A stretch of 64,000 bases of DNA from an uncultured Chloroflexia bacterium. GTDB lineage: Bacteria; Chloroflexota; Limnocylindria; Limnocylindrales; CSP1-4. The notes beneath the pieces are model-generated. The model searched no databases and was not told the origin of the DNA. It saw nothing but the letters and a program-made list of their open reading frames with translations. The DNA lies in contig CAWFXA010000002.1 in the NCBI GenBank assembly GCA_963819655.1, positions 1,248,001-1,312,000 on the forward strand, read 5' to 3'. Below are positions 1 through 10,143 of this stretch, one piece after another. Positions within the stretch are counted from its first letter, which is position 1. Each line of letters starts with the position of its first letter. The translations under genes and the position numbers were made by a program.

Positions 1-26
1 TCGACCAACGGCACCGGCGGCGCCTG

Positions 27-1397
27 ATGTTCAAGAAGGTCCTTATCGCGAACCGGGGGGAGATCGCCCTCCGCGTGTTGCGCGCGTGCCGCACGCTCGG
101 CGCCGAGGCGGTGGTTGCCTACAGCGAGGCTGACCGCGAATCGCTCCCGGTCGGGCTCGCCGACGAGGCGATCTGCATCGGCCCGCCCGACGCTCAACGG
201 TCGTACCTGTCCGCGCCTGCCGTGATCTCGGCCGCGCTGGTCACCGGCTGCGACGCGATCCATCCGGGCTACGGGTTCCTGTCCGAGGACGAGGGCTTCG
301 CCGAGGTCGTGGCGGCTCACGGCATGACCTTCATCGGCCCACCGGCCAACGTCCTGGAGCGCTTCGCCAGCAAGGCCGGGACCCGCGAGCTCCTGGGTGC
401 GCATGGGCTGCCGACGATCCCCGGTTCGGAAGGGATGTTGCGCGACGACATGCACGCCCTGGCCGAGGCCGAGCGCATCGGCTACCCGGTCCTGGTCAAG
501 CCGTCCGCCGGTGGTGGTGGCAAGGGCATGCGCATGGTCCGCACGTCGCGCGAGCTCGAGTCCGTGCTCAAGGTCTGCCGGAGCGAGGCGAAGGCCGCGT
601 TCGGCGACGACTCCCTGTATCTCGAGAAGTGGCTCGACGAGAACCGCCACATCGAAGTCCAGATCGCCGTCGACCGGTACGGCCACGGCGTCCACCTCGG
701 GGAACGCGACTGCTCGGTCCAGCGGCGCCACCAGAAGATCCTCGAGGAGGCCCCGACACCGGCGCTGTCCGATGCCGTTCGTGCCGACCTGGCGGAGCGG
801 GCGATCCGGGCGGTCGTCGCAGCCGGCTACGAGAACGTCGGCACCCTGGAGTTCCTGGTCGATCGCACCGGCAACTTCTACTTCATCGAGATCAACTGCC
901 GGATCCAGGTCGAGCATCCCGTCACCGAGAGCCTGACCGGCGTCGACCTCGTCGCGATGCAGATGCGCATCGCCGCCGGCGAGCCGCTCGGCATCAGCCA
1001 GGCCGATATCAGGTTCTCCGGGCATGCGATCGAGTTCCGGATCAACGCCGAGGACCCCGCGCACGATTTCCGCCCGGGGGCCGGGGTGGTCGAGCGCTAT
1101 CACGCGCCGGGCGGGCCGGGCGTGCGTATGGACTCGCACCTGTTCACGGGCTACGAGGTCCCGCCCTTCTACGACTCGCTGCTCGGCAAGCTGATCGTGT
1201 GGGGTCCGGACCGCGAGACCGCCATCGCCCGCGGTCGAGTGGCGCTCGAGGAGCTCGTCATCGACGGCATCACGACCAACGTCGATATCCACCAGGCGCT
1301 CCTCGCCTCGGAGACGTTCCTCGAGGGACGGATGACGACGAACCTGCTCGATCGGGTGGGCAGCGCGGCCTTCCTCGCGGCGGCCGCCCGGGTATGA
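27..1397 (+). CDS. accC: Acetyl-CoA carboxylase, biotin carboxylase subunit
   Basis: MFKKVLIANRGEIA, HPGYGFLSE, GGGGKGMR, RDCSVQRRHQK, EINCRIQVEHPVTE, YDSLLGKLI motifs. Confidence 0.97.
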   Translation: MFKKVLIANRGEIALRVLRACRTLGAEAVVAYSEADRESLPVGLADEAICIGPPDAQRSYLSAPAVISAALVTGCDAIHPGYGFLSEDEGFAEVVAAHGMTFIGPPANVLERFASKAGTRELLGAHGLPTIPGSEGMLRDDMHALAEAERIGYPVLVKPSAGGGGKGMRMVRTSRELESVLKVCRSEAKAAFGDDSLYLEKWLDENRHIEVQIAVDRYGHGVHLGERDCSVQRRHQKILEEAPTPALSDAVRADLAERAIRAVVAAGYENVGTLEFLVDRTGNFYFIEINCRIQVEHPVTESLTGVDLVAMQMRIAAGEPLGISQADIRFSGHAIEFRINAEDPAHDFRPGAGVVERYHAPGGPGVRMDSHLFTGYEVPPFYDSLLGKLIVWGPDRETAIARGRVALEELVIDGITTNVDIHQALLASETFLEGRMTTNLLDRVGSAAFLAAAARV

Positions 1398-1483
1398 CCG
1401 TCGTGCAGACCTGCACACGCCGACCCGTTGCCGCCGGCCGCCACCGGCCAGACTGAACCAGCACACCGCCGTTGGAGTCGCCC

Positions 1484-1939
1484 GTGACCGAGACCGTCCA
1501 CACGACCGCCGAGATCGAACGTCTGATCCCGCATCGCCACCCGTTCCTTCTGGTCGACCGCATCGTCGAGTACGACCCGGACGCGAAGCGGATCGTGGGG
1601 CTCAAGGGCGTCACGGCGACCGAGTGGTTCTTCGCCGGGCATTTCCCGGGTCTGCCGGTCATGCCGGGCGTCCTCCAGGTCGAGGCGCTCGCCCAGACGA
1701 TGGCGGTCTACGTCGCCAAGCAACCAGGCTTCGGCGACCGGATCGGCCTGTTCGCGGGCATCGACGATGTGCGCTTCAAGCGGATCGTCGCTCCGGGCGA
1801 CACGCTCCGACTCGAGGTCACGATGGAGAAGCTCGGCTCGCGCTTCGGCAAGGGTCGTGGCGTCGCGTCGGTCGCCGGCGAGGTGGCCTGCGAGGGGCTG
1901 TTGAGCTTCATCATCCCGCCCGAGGGTGCGCTCCGATGA
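1484..1939 (+). CDS. fabZ: 3-hydroxyacyl-ACP dehydratase
   Basis: IPHRHPFLLVDRI, FFAGHFPGLPVMPGVLQVEALAQ; GTG 1484 follows GGAG. Confidence 0.95.
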   Translation: MTETVHTTAEIERLIPHRHPFLLVDRIVEYDPDAKRIVGLKGVTATEWFFAGHFPGLPVMPGVLQVEALAQTMAVYVAKQPGFGDRIGLFAGIDDVRFKRIVAPGDTLRLEVTMEKLGSRFGKGRGVASVAGEVACEGLLSFIIPPEGALR

Positions 1940-2682
1940 GCCGGATCGCTGCCCTCTCGGACGTACACGGCAATGCGGCCGCCCTCGAAGCCGTCCTCGC
2001 GGACATCGCACGCGAGAAGCCCGACGCGCTCATGGTCGCCGGCGATCTCGTGCTCAACGGCCCCGAACCTGCGCTCGTCATCGACGTTCTGCGCAGCCTC
2101 GCCGGCGACGGCGCCCTGATCATCGGTGGCAATACAGACATCGCGGTGGCCGACTTCGACTACGCGGCGGCCTTTCCGTGGATGATCGACGGCGTCCCGG
2201 ATGCCATCGTCGATGCTGCGGAATGGGCCCACGAGGCGATCGGGGACGAGCGTCTCGATTGGCTTCGGCGACTGCCGGCCGAACGCCGCTGGCGGACCGA
2301 CGACGACACGCTCGTCCTGGCCTGCCACGGATCGCCAGGTTCTCAGACCTCGGGCTTCGACCAGCATCTCGACCCGTCGGTCACGATCGAGCGAGTCGCC
2401 CGGACCGATGCTCGCGTCATCGTCTGTGGCCACACGCATCTGCCCGAAGTGCGCGACCTCGGCTGGAAGGTGATCGTCAACGACGGCTCCGCGGGCTACG
2501 TGTTCGATGGCGACCCGACCGCCTCCTGGGCGCTCATCGACATCGAGGACGACGAGGTCCGCGCCGAGATCCGACGCACGACGTTCGACACGCTGGCCGT
2601 CGCCAACGCCATCTCGGCCCGCGGCCTGGCGGGCGACGTCTACCGCGCCGCGACGGTCCGCACCGGGAAGTTGGTGCGATGA
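1936..2682 (+). CDS. Metallophosphoesterase (calcineurin-like, YfcE/MJ0936-type)
   Basis: SDVHGN, GDLV, GNTD, HGSP, GHTH motifs; ATGA overlap with fabZ stop. Confidence 0.9.
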   Translation: MSRIAALSDVHGNAAALEAVLADIAREKPDALMVAGDLVLNGPEPALVIDVLRSLAGDGALIIGGNTDIAVADFDYAAAFPWMIDGVPDAIVDAAEWAHEAIGDERLDWLRRLPAERRWRTDDDTLVLACHGSPGSQTSGFDQHLDPSVTIERVARTDARVIVCGHTHLPEVRDLGWKVIVNDGSAGYVFDGDPTASWALIDIEDDEVRAEIRRTTFDTLAVANAISARGLAGDVYRAATVRTGKLVR

Positions 2683-2698
2683 GCCGGCGGGTCGCGTG

Positions 2699-3952
2699 AT
2701 GGGTAGTCGGCGGGTCGTCGTGACCGGGATGGGGCTCGTGACGCCGCTCGGAAACGACCTCGAGACCACATGGGCGGGCATGGTCGCCGGGCGCTCCGGG
2801 ATCACGACGATCGACGCGTTCGACCCGTCACGGCTGACCGTCCGCATCGCCGGCCAGGTCCGCGACTTCGACGCGAGCCACGTCCTCGACCGGAAGGACC
2901 AGCGCCGGACCGACCGCTACATCCAGTTCGGGCTGGTCGCGGCGCGCGAGGCGATGGACCAGGCCGGCCTGCCCGATCGCCTGGAGGGAGAGCTGGCGGA
3001 GCGCACCGGCGCGATCCTGGGCACCGGGCTCGGCGGCGTCGGGACCCTCAACGAAGGCATCAGCACGAACGTGACGCGCGGCCCGGACCGGATCAGCCCG
3101 TTCCTCATCCCGATGGGCATCCCCAACGTCGGATCCGGGCAGATCGCGATCAACTACGGGATGACCGGGCCGAACTTTGCGACCGTCTCGGCATGTGCCA
3201 CCGGCGGACACGCCGTCGGCGAGTCGTTCGAGACGATCCGGCGCGACGACGCCGACGTGATGGTCTCGGGCGGCACGGAGGCCGGGATCTACGAGTTCCT
3301 CATCGGCGGGTTCGCCGCGATGCGCGCGCTGTCCACCCGCAACGACGACCCGGCAGCCGCGTCGCGCCCGTTCGACTCCGGTCGCGACGGCTTCATCTGC
3401 GGCGAGGGAGCGGGTGTCCTGGTCCTCGAAGAGCTCGACCACGCCCGGGCGCGCGGGGCGACGCCTCTCGCGGAGATCGTCGGGTACGGCGCGACCGCCG
3501 ACGCGTCACACATCACCCTGCCGGCGCCCGGTGGCATCGGAGCGGTCCGCGCCGCGCGACGTGCGCTCGAGAAGGCCGGCCTGGCGCCCGACGACGTCGA
3601 TCACGTGAACGCCCACGCGACATCGACCCCGGAAGGCGACAAGTCGGAGCTCCAGGCGATCAAGACGATCCTCGGAGAGCACGCCGCCGGGACCCCGATC
3701 ACCGCCAACAAGTCGATGATCGGCCACACGCTCGGGGCGGCCGGCGCGATCGAGTCGATCGTCTCGGTCATGACCATCCGCGAGGGCTGCATCCCGCCGA
3801 CGATCAATCTGACCGACCCGGATCCCGAGGCCCAGGGACTGACGATCGTGGCGAACGAAGCGGCCCGCCACGACGTCCGCGTGGTGCTGTCGAACTCGTT
3901 CGGGTTCGGTGGCCAGAACACGGCCCTGATCTTCCAGCGGTGGGACGCGTGA
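2699..3952 (+). CDS. fabF: Beta-ketoacyl-ACP synthase II
   Basis: RRVVVTGMG, SACATG catalytic Cys, NAHATST, KSMIGHTLGAAG, SNSFGFGGQN. Confidence 0.96.
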   Translation: MGSRRVVVTGMGLVTPLGNDLETTWAGMVAGRSGITTIDAFDPSRLTVRIAGQVRDFDASHVLDRKDQRRTDRYIQFGLVAAREAMDQAGLPDRLEGELAERTGAILGTGLGGVGTLNEGISTNVTRGPDRISPFLIPMGIPNVGSGQIAINYGMTGPNFATVSACATGGHAVGESFETIRRDDADVMVSGGTEAGIYEFLIGGFAAMRALSTRNDDPAAASRPFDSGRDGFICGEGAGVLVLEELDHARARGATPLAEIVGYGATADASHITLPAPGGIGAVRAARRALEKAGLAPDDVDHVNAHATSTPEGDKSELQAIKTILGEHAAGTPITANKSMIGHTLGAAGAIESIVSVMTIREGCIPPTINLTDPDPEAQGLTIVANEAARHDVRVVLSNSFGFGGQNTALIFQRWDA

Positions 3953-4569
3953 CCGACGACCTCGAACCGATGGCCGTGGGTCCCGGCGCAGAGCCGCTGC
4001 CGGACGGCGTCGTCGACGCGCTCGAAGCACAGGCGACATCGGTGGAGTCGGCGGCCGAGCCGCAGGGGGCAGACCCGGCCGCGCTTCGCGATGACGGCGA
4101 TCTCGAGCTGCTCGGCCTCATCGATCGCCTTGCAGCCCTGCTCGATCGCTCCGACCTGACAGAGCTCGAGGTGGAGTCTGGCGGCACCGGCCTCGTCCTG
4201 CGCAAGCCATCAGCCCTTGCTCCCATCACCGTCGCGAGCGTGGCGGCGACGTCGCCCGCGGCGACGGCCGTAGCCATGCCGGCCTCGGGCGGGGCAGGGC
4301 CGAGCGACCGCGAGCCGGTGGCGCCTGCCAAGCCGTCGATCAAGGCGCCGCTCACGGGCATCTTCTATGCATCGCCGGCTCCTGGGACGGCGCCATACGT
4401 GGCGGTCGGCGGCGAGGTCGCGGTCGGCCAGATCATCGGTCTCATCGAGGCCATGAAGCTGTTCAACGAGATCAAGTCGGACCTGGCTGGGCGCGTCGTC
4501 CGGGTCGTGGCCGAGAGCGGCGCCCTGGTCAAGGCCAAGCAGCCGCTCATCGAGGTGGAGCCGCTGTGA
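3949..4569 (+). CDS. accB: Biotin carboxyl carrier protein
   Basis: IEAMKLFNEI biotinylation motif, APLTGIFYASPAPG, Ala/Pro linker; GTGA overlap with fabF. Confidence 0.93.
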   Translation: MTDDLEPMAVGPGAEPLPDGVVDALEAQATSVESAAEPQGADPAALRDDGDLELLGLIDRLAALLDRSDLTELEVESGGTGLVLRKPSALAPITVASVAATSPAATAVAMPASGGAGPSDREPVAPAKPSIKAPLTGIFYASPAPGTAPYVAVGGEVAVGQIIGLIEAMKLFNEIKSDLAGRVVRVVAESGALVKAKQPLIEVEPL

Positions 4570-5768
4570 ACGACGTCGCTCGGCAGCCGCGGGCCCACGT
4601 CACCGGATGGGGTCGCTACGCACCAGCCCAGGTGCTCACGAACAAGGACCTCGAGCGGATGGTCGACACGTCCGACGAGTGGATCGTCTCGCGGACCGGC
4701 ATCCGCGAGCGTCGGGTCGCGGCCGCCAACGAGACCACCGCGTCGATGGCCGCCGTGGCCTCCCTGCGGGCGATCAGGACTGCCGGCATCGACCCCGACG
4801 ACATCGACCTCATCCTGCTCGCGACGCTGACTCCCGACTACTGGATGCCGTCGACCGCGGCGCTCGTCAAGGAGGCGATCGGCAACACGCGTGCGGCGGC
4901 GATGGACGTCGCGGCCGCCTGTTCGGGGTTCGTCTACGCGTTCGCTACGGCCCAGGCTTACATCACCAGCGGGATCGCCAAGCACGTCCTGGTGATCGGC
5001 GCGGAGCTGCTGACCCGCTTCCTCGACTATACCGATCGGAGCACGTGCATCCTGTTCGGGGACGGCGCGGGTGCGGTGGTCCTGTCGGCCAGCGATGAGC
5101 CGGGTGGCGCGCTCGGGATCGAGCTCACGACGGCTCCCCAGGGCGCCTACATGATCTGGCTGCCGGCCGGCGGCGCCAAGAGCCCGCCATCGGCGGAGAC
5201 GATCGCGCGCGGCGAGCACTTCATCCGGATGGAGGGCAAGGAGACGTACCGGTTCGCCACCAAGACGATGGCGACGACCGCCCTCGAATCGGTCAGCAAG
5301 TCCGGGCTCCAGCCGTCGGACATCGACCTGTTCATCCCGCACCAGGCGAACATCCGCATCGTCGAGGCGGTCGCCAAGGGGCTCGACCTGCCGATGGACA
5401 AGATGTACGTGAACCTCGACCGCTACGGCAATACCTCCGCGGCGTCCGTGCCGATCGCCTTGGCCGAAGCCGTGAACGAGGGCCGCGTCAAGATCGGCGA
5501 CCGGATCGTGATGGTCGCATTCGGGGCGGGCTTCACCTCGGGGGCCGTGACGGTCGAGTGGACGGCCGATCCGGCGCGCGGCCGGGCCGGTGACGCGGCC
5601 GTGAACGCCGACGACGTCAATGTCCGGTTGCCGGTCGACTGGGACTCGGTCGACCCGATCCCGCCGGCGCTGGTCGAGCTGATGGCCCGACCCGGCACGG
5701 TCGATGTCCCGTTGGACGACGTCGTCCCAGGCGAACCCGAATCGGCCCACTCGGAGGTCCATGCGTGA
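4566..5768 (+). CDS. fabH: Beta-ketoacyl-ACP synthase III with C-terminal extension
   Basis: DTSDEWIVSRTGIRERR, AACSGF, LFGDGAGA, PHQANIRI, YGNTSAAS, FGAGFT. Confidence 0.95.
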   Translation: MNDVARQPRAHVTGWGRYAPAQVLTNKDLERMVDTSDEWIVSRTGIRERRVAAANETTASMAAVASLRAIRTAGIDPDDIDLILLATLTPDYWMPSTAALVKEAIGNTRAAAMDVAAACSGFVYAFATAQAYITSGIAKHVLVIGAELLTRFLDYTDRSTCILFGDGAGAVVLSASDEPGGALGIELTTAPQGAYMIWLPAGGAKSPPSAETIARGEHFIRMEGKETYRFATKTMATTALESVSKSGLQPSDIDLFIPHQANIRIVEAVAKGLDLPMDKMYVNLDRYGNTSAASVPIALAEAVNEGRVKIGDRIVMVAFGAGFTSGAVTVEWTADPARGRAGDAAVNADDVNVRLPVDWDSVDPIPPALVELMARPGTVDVPLDDVVPGEPESAHSEVHA

Positions 5769-6514
5769 TCGATCTGACCGGCAAGGCGGCCCTCGTGACC
5801 GGTGGCTCGCGCGGGATCGGCAAGGCGATCGGTCTGCGGCTCGCCCGCCAGGGCGCCGACGTCGCATTCAGCTACAAGGGCAACACGGATGCCGCTAACG
5901 CGACGGCCGCCGAGATCGAGTCGATCGGGACGCGCGCGTTGGCGATCCAGGGTGACGTCCGGGATCCCGAGTCGGCCGAGGCCGTGGTCAAGACCGCGCT
6001 CGAAGCCTTCGGCAAGATCGACATCCTGGTGAACAACGCCGGGGTGACCCGCGACGACCTGATCATGCGGATGAGCGCCGAGGCCTGGCGCGAGGTGCTC
6101 GAGACCAACCTCTTCGGGGCGTTTTGGATGACCAAGGCCGTCACCCGGCCGATGCTCAAGGCGCGTGCCGGCCGGATCGTGAACATCACGTCGGTATCCG
6201 GGCAGGCCGGCCAGATGGGGCAGGCCAACTACAGCTCGGCCAAGGCTGGGCTGATCGGCCTGACGAAGGCCACCGCGCGTGAACTGGCATCGCGCGGGAT
6301 CACCGTCAACGCCGTGGCCCCGGGCTTCGTCCTGACCGAGCTCACCCAGGGATTGCCCGACGCCCTGAAAGAGGAGATCACGGCGCGCACTCCGCTGGGA
6401 CGGTTCGGCACGACCGAGGAGGTCGCCGATGCCGTGGCGTTCCTCGCCTCTGACGAGGCCGGCTACGTCACCGGCCAGGTCCTGGCCGTCGACGGCGGCC
6501 TGGTCATGATGTAG
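5765..6514 (+). CDS. fabG: 3-oxoacyl-ACP reductase
   Basis: TGGSRGIG, NNAGVTRD, GQANYSSAK (YxxxK), VAPGF. Confidence 0.96.
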   Translation: MIDLTGKAALVTGGSRGIGKAIGLRLARQGADVAFSYKGNTDAANATAAEIESIGTRALAIQGDVRDPESAEAVVKTALEAFGKIDILVNNAGVTRDDLIMRMSAEAWREVLETNLFGAFWMTKAVTRPMLKARAGRIVNITSVSGQAGQMGQANYSSAKAGLIGLTKATARELASRGITVNAVAPGFVLTELTQGLPDALKEEITARTPLGRFGTTEEVADAVAFLASDEAGYVTGQVLAVDGGLVMM

Positions 6515-6601
6515 TGCGAACACCCTAGGACCCTTACCGGACCCGCCCCGTACCGCTGGCGAGGACCAACTCGGGCACCCCTGATGGGACGATACGACGG
6601 T

Positions 6602-8806
6602 ATGACTGCGCGCCTCCGACACCGCGTCGTTGCTGAAACGCGCCCGGAGCGGGCTCCCGGCCAAGGGCGCCCGTCGGTCTTTCGGCGCCTGCTCGCCGCG
6701 CCCGACGCGGCGCGGCAGCTGGAGGAGGAGCCGGACCGCCTGATCGGCCTCGAATCGGAGCTAGCTGAGCGGCTCGACAGCGTCCTCGGCATCGCCGAGC
6801 GTCTCGCCGCGTCTCACGATCGGGAGGACCTGTTCCGCACGATCGTGGACGAGACGAAACGGGCGCTCCGCGTCGACTACGTCACGATCAGGATCCTCCG
6901 CGACGACCAGCTGCACGTCGCCGCGTGGGCGGGTCTGCCCGACGACATCGCCGCCGCCCTGCCGGCGTTCGGCGTCGGTGAGGGCTGGGTCGGCGAAGTG
7001 CTGCGGACCGGTCGATTCGCAGCCTGGACGGACACGCGCACCGATCGGCGCTACGGCTCGAGCAGATACGACGGCATCCTCGAGTTCGCGGGCGATCTCA
7101 TCGCGCCGCTCGTGCATCACGACCGCGTGATCGGGGCGCTGTCGGCGGTGACGCGCGAGCCGCGCGAGTGGACCGACGGCGACGTGGCCTTCCTCACGAC
7201 GCTTGCGACCCATGCCGCGATCGCACTGACCAACGCCGAGCTGTTCGAGCAGACCGAGGCGAAGGCCGCGCAGCTGACCGTTCTCCAGGCGGCCTCCGGT
7301 CGACTCAACCGAGCGACATCGGTCGAGGCGGTCGGGCGAGCACTCGTCGAGGAGACCCGCCGGATCATCGACTACCACAACGCGCGCGTGTACCTCATCG
7401 AGTTGCCCGATCAGGTCGTGCCCATCGCCTTCGAGGGTCGGGTCGGCGCCTACGAGCATGTCGATCTCGACCTGCTGCGCTGCCGTCTCGGCGAGGGCTT
7501 CACCGGCTGGGTCGCGCAGTACGGCGAGCCGCTCCTGATCAACGACGCGAACCGAGATCCGCGAGGGGTGACGATCACCGGCACTGAGGACATCGACGAA
7601 TCGATGCTCGTGGTCCCGATGCTGTACGACGAGGAAACCGTCGGTGTGATCACTCTTTCGAAGCTTGGCCTGGACGGCTTCGACGGCGACGACCTGCGGC
7701 TGCTGGCGATCCTTGCGGACCACGCTGCGACCGCGCTCGAGACCGCGCGCCTTCTGACCCGGAGCCAGGAGCTCGCACTGGAGCTGCGCCGGATGCTCGA
7801 CATGAGCGGCGAGCTCTCGGAGAGCCTCGACCCGCGCCAGGTGGCGAACCTGATGGCGGGCCACCTCGCGCGCGCGATGGGCGTCGATGAATGCGCGATC
7901 AGCTACTGGGATCGACCGTCCGGGCGCGTCGAATCGCTCGGCTATCACCCGCCGCTGCACGAGATCGAGCCCTATTTCGAAGTCGACGGCTTCCCAGAGA
8001 CGCTGCGCGTCCTCGAGCGGCAGGTCACGGTCATCATCGACGCCGAGGACCCACGTGCCGATCCGGCCGAGGTCGCCCTCCTGCGGAGCGACGGGATCCG
8101 CATGCTGGTGATGCTGCCGTTGGTCGCCAAGGGCCAGTCGATCGGCCTCGTCGAACTGTTCTCACGGACGGAGGCGCGCTGGGACGCCCAGCGCCTCGAG
8201 GTCGCGCGGACGATGGCCAACGAAGCGGCCATGGCGCTCGAGAATGCGCGTCTGTACGAGGACGCGCGCAAGCGCGCGGACCGCGACCCGTTGACCGGGT
8301 TCTTCAACCACCGCTATATGCACGAGCGGATGGGGGAGGAGGTCGTCCGCTCCCAGCGCGGCAAGCGCCCGCTGAGCGTGATGATGCTCGACCTCGACGA
8401 CTTCAAACTCGTGAACGACACGTTCGGTCACCTGTTCGGCGACCGAGTCCTGACCTGGGCGGCCGAGCTGATCAAGGCGACGCTTCGTGCGTCGGACGTG
8501 CCGGCCCGGTACGGCGGGGACGAGTTCGCCGTGATCCTGCCCGATACCGATGCTGCCGATGCGGCCCACGCCGCCGAGCGGATCCTCGAGACCTTCCGCG
8601 ATCGGCCCTTCATCGGCGAGCAGCGCGGGCCGGTCCCGATCGCGGCCTCGATCGGCGTGGCAACGTTCCCGACCGACGGCCGGACTGCGACCGAGCTGAT
8701 CGCCTGCGCCGACCTGAGGCTCTACCAGGTCAAGCGCGACGGCGGTCATGGCCGCGCGGCAGGCACGGACGGGTCGACCGAGGATCCGGGCGGGGCATCG
8801 GCGTAA
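6602..8806 (+). CDS. Diguanylate cyclase with three GAF domains
   Basis: Three GAF-like repeats ending AIALTNAELF / ATALETARLL / AMALENARLY; DPLTG, DLDDFKLVNDTFGH, RASD I-site, GGDEF; start uncertain (6584 or 6602). Confidence 0.93.
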   Translation: MTARLRHRVVAETRPERAPGQGRPSVFRRLLAAPDAARQLEEEPDRLIGLESELAERLDSVLGIAERLAASHDREDLFRTIVDETKRALRVDYVTIRILRDDQLHVAAWAGLPDDIAAALPAFGVGEGWVGEVLRTGRFAAWTDTRTDRRYGSSRYDGILEFAGDLIAPLVHHDRVIGALSAVTREPREWTDGDVAFLTTLATHAAIALTNAELFEQTEAKAAQLTVLQAASGRLNRATSVEAVGRALVEETRRIIDYHNARVYLIELPDQVVPIAFEGRVGAYEHVDLDLLRCRLGEGFTGWVAQYGEPLLINDANRDPRGVTITGTEDIDESMLVVPMLYDEETVGVITLSKLGLDGFDGDDLRLLAILADHAATALETARLLTRSQELALELRRMLDMSGELSESLDPRQVANLMAGHLARAMGVDECAISYWDRPSGRVESLGYHPPLHEIEPYFEVDGFPETLRVLERQVTVIIDAEDPRADPAEVALLRSDGIRMLVMLPLVAKGQSIGLVELFSRTEARWDAQRLEVARTMANEAAMALENARLYEDARKRADRDPLTGFFNHRYMHERMGEEVVRSQRGKRPLSVMMLDLDDFKLVNDTFGHLFGDRVLTWAAELIKATLRASDVPARYGGDEFAVILPDTDAADAAHAAERILETFRDRPFIGEQRGPVPIAASIGVATFPTDGRTATELIACADLRLYQVKRDGGHGRAAGTDGSTEDPGGASA

Positions 8807-8902
8807 CCCGACCAGGACGGAAGTACCGGGTCGCATCCGCCATCGGTACCATCCGCCAGTAGTGGACGCGGAGGCGTCTGGGCCGCATCCTTAACTCCCG
8901 AG

Positions 8903-10105
8903 TTGACCCCATCCCCCCCGCGCCCCGCGCGCCCCGTGGACCCTTCGGATCGCCGGATCCGCCGGTCCTGGTGGACCTTCTCCCTCGCGTTCCTACTTGT
9001 CGCCGTCGTGGTTCTCCTCCGCGCGCTCGCGGTGGATGCGACGCTCGCCGACCGGCTCCTGCTTGTCGTCGCCCTGGTCGCCGGTTTCGCGGCGTTCATC
9101 CACGGCTCCGCCGTCTCGGATCTCGGTGCCCGGCGGCGTGACGAGGCCGAGTCGTTCGCGCGGATCCTGAGTGGCCTGTCGCGCTCGGTGTCGCCCGACG
9201 CCATCGTCGACGCGATCGCCGAGGATCTCGGCCAGGCCACGGCCGCGGACCACGTTGGGGTGGTGCGGCGAGCCGAGGACGACCGGGAGCTCGCCGCGCA
9301 CCTCGTGAGCCTCCGCCCCGGCGTCCCGGACCACTCGACGCCGCTCCCGCTCGGCGACCTGGAGGACGAGATCCGGGGGCGACCGGCCACGCCGTCCGAG
9401 GCTGCCGACCGGATCGCCCGCCGCGTGCGCGACGTGTATGGGCTCGGCCAGGTCATGGCGGCCCCGCTGATGACCGCCGACGGCATCGTCGGTGCGCTCG
9501 TCATCTCGCGGCGGGTCGGCTCGACATGGCCGGAGTCCACGCGCCGGATCCTCGGTGGTGCGGCGGTGGAGGCGTCGGCCGCCCTCGCCCGGGCCTACTC
9601 CCACCGCGATGCTGAGGCGCGCGCCTCGACCGATTCGCTCACCGGCCTGCCCAACCGGCGCTACTTCGACGAGTTCGTCGGGCTGCTGGCACAACGCCGC
9701 CGCGCCGGCGACGCGGTCGGCATCCTCATGGTGGATATCGACCGCTTCAAGGCCCTCAACGACAAGCACGGGCATGCGACCGGCGACGACGTCCTGCGCG
9801 CCGTGGCCGGAGCGATCGTGTCCGCAGTGCGCGAGGACGACGTGCCGGCGCGCTTCGGCGGGGAGGAATTCGTCGTCCTGTTGCGCAACCCAGGGCCGGG
9901 GGTCGCGGTGGAGGTCGGCGAGCGGATCCGTGCCGCGGTCCGCGGGCTCGACCTGCGACGGCTCGGGGTTCCGGCGCCGAGCGTCTCGGTCGGCGTCGCG
10001 GTGGCGACGAGCCCGGACGAGGCCATCGCGTCCCTCATCGACGTCGCCGACCAGGCGCTCTATCGTGCGAAGCGCGCCGGTCGCGATCGCGTGGTCGCCG
10101 CGTAG
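8903..10105 (+). CDS. Membrane-anchored GAF-GGDEF diguanylate cyclase
   Basis: Two N-terminal hydrophobic helices, DSLTGLPNRR, DIDRFKALND, REDD I-site, GGEEF; TTG start uncertain. Confidence 0.9.
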   Translation: MTPSPPRPARPVDPSDRRIRRSWWTFSLAFLLVAVVVLLRALAVDATLADRLLLVVALVAGFAAFIHGSAVSDLGARRRDEAESFARILSGLSRSVSPDAIVDAIAEDLGQATAADHVGVVRRAEDDRELAAHLVSLRPGVPDHSTPLPLGDLEDEIRGRPATPSEAADRIARRVRDVYGLGQVMAAPLMTADGIVGALVISRRVGSTWPESTRRILGGAAVEASAALARAYSHRDAEARASTDSLTGLPNRRYFDEFVGLLAQRRRAGDAVGILMVDIDRFKALNDKHGHATGDDVLRAVAGAIVSAVREDDVPARFGGEEFVVLLRNPGPGVAVEVGERIRAAVRGLDLRRLGVPAPSVSVGVAVATSPDEAIASLIDVADQALYRAKRAGRDRVVAA

Positions 10106-10143
10106 GCCGCGTCGCAGGCCGGGAGCGTCGCCACGGCTGACGC

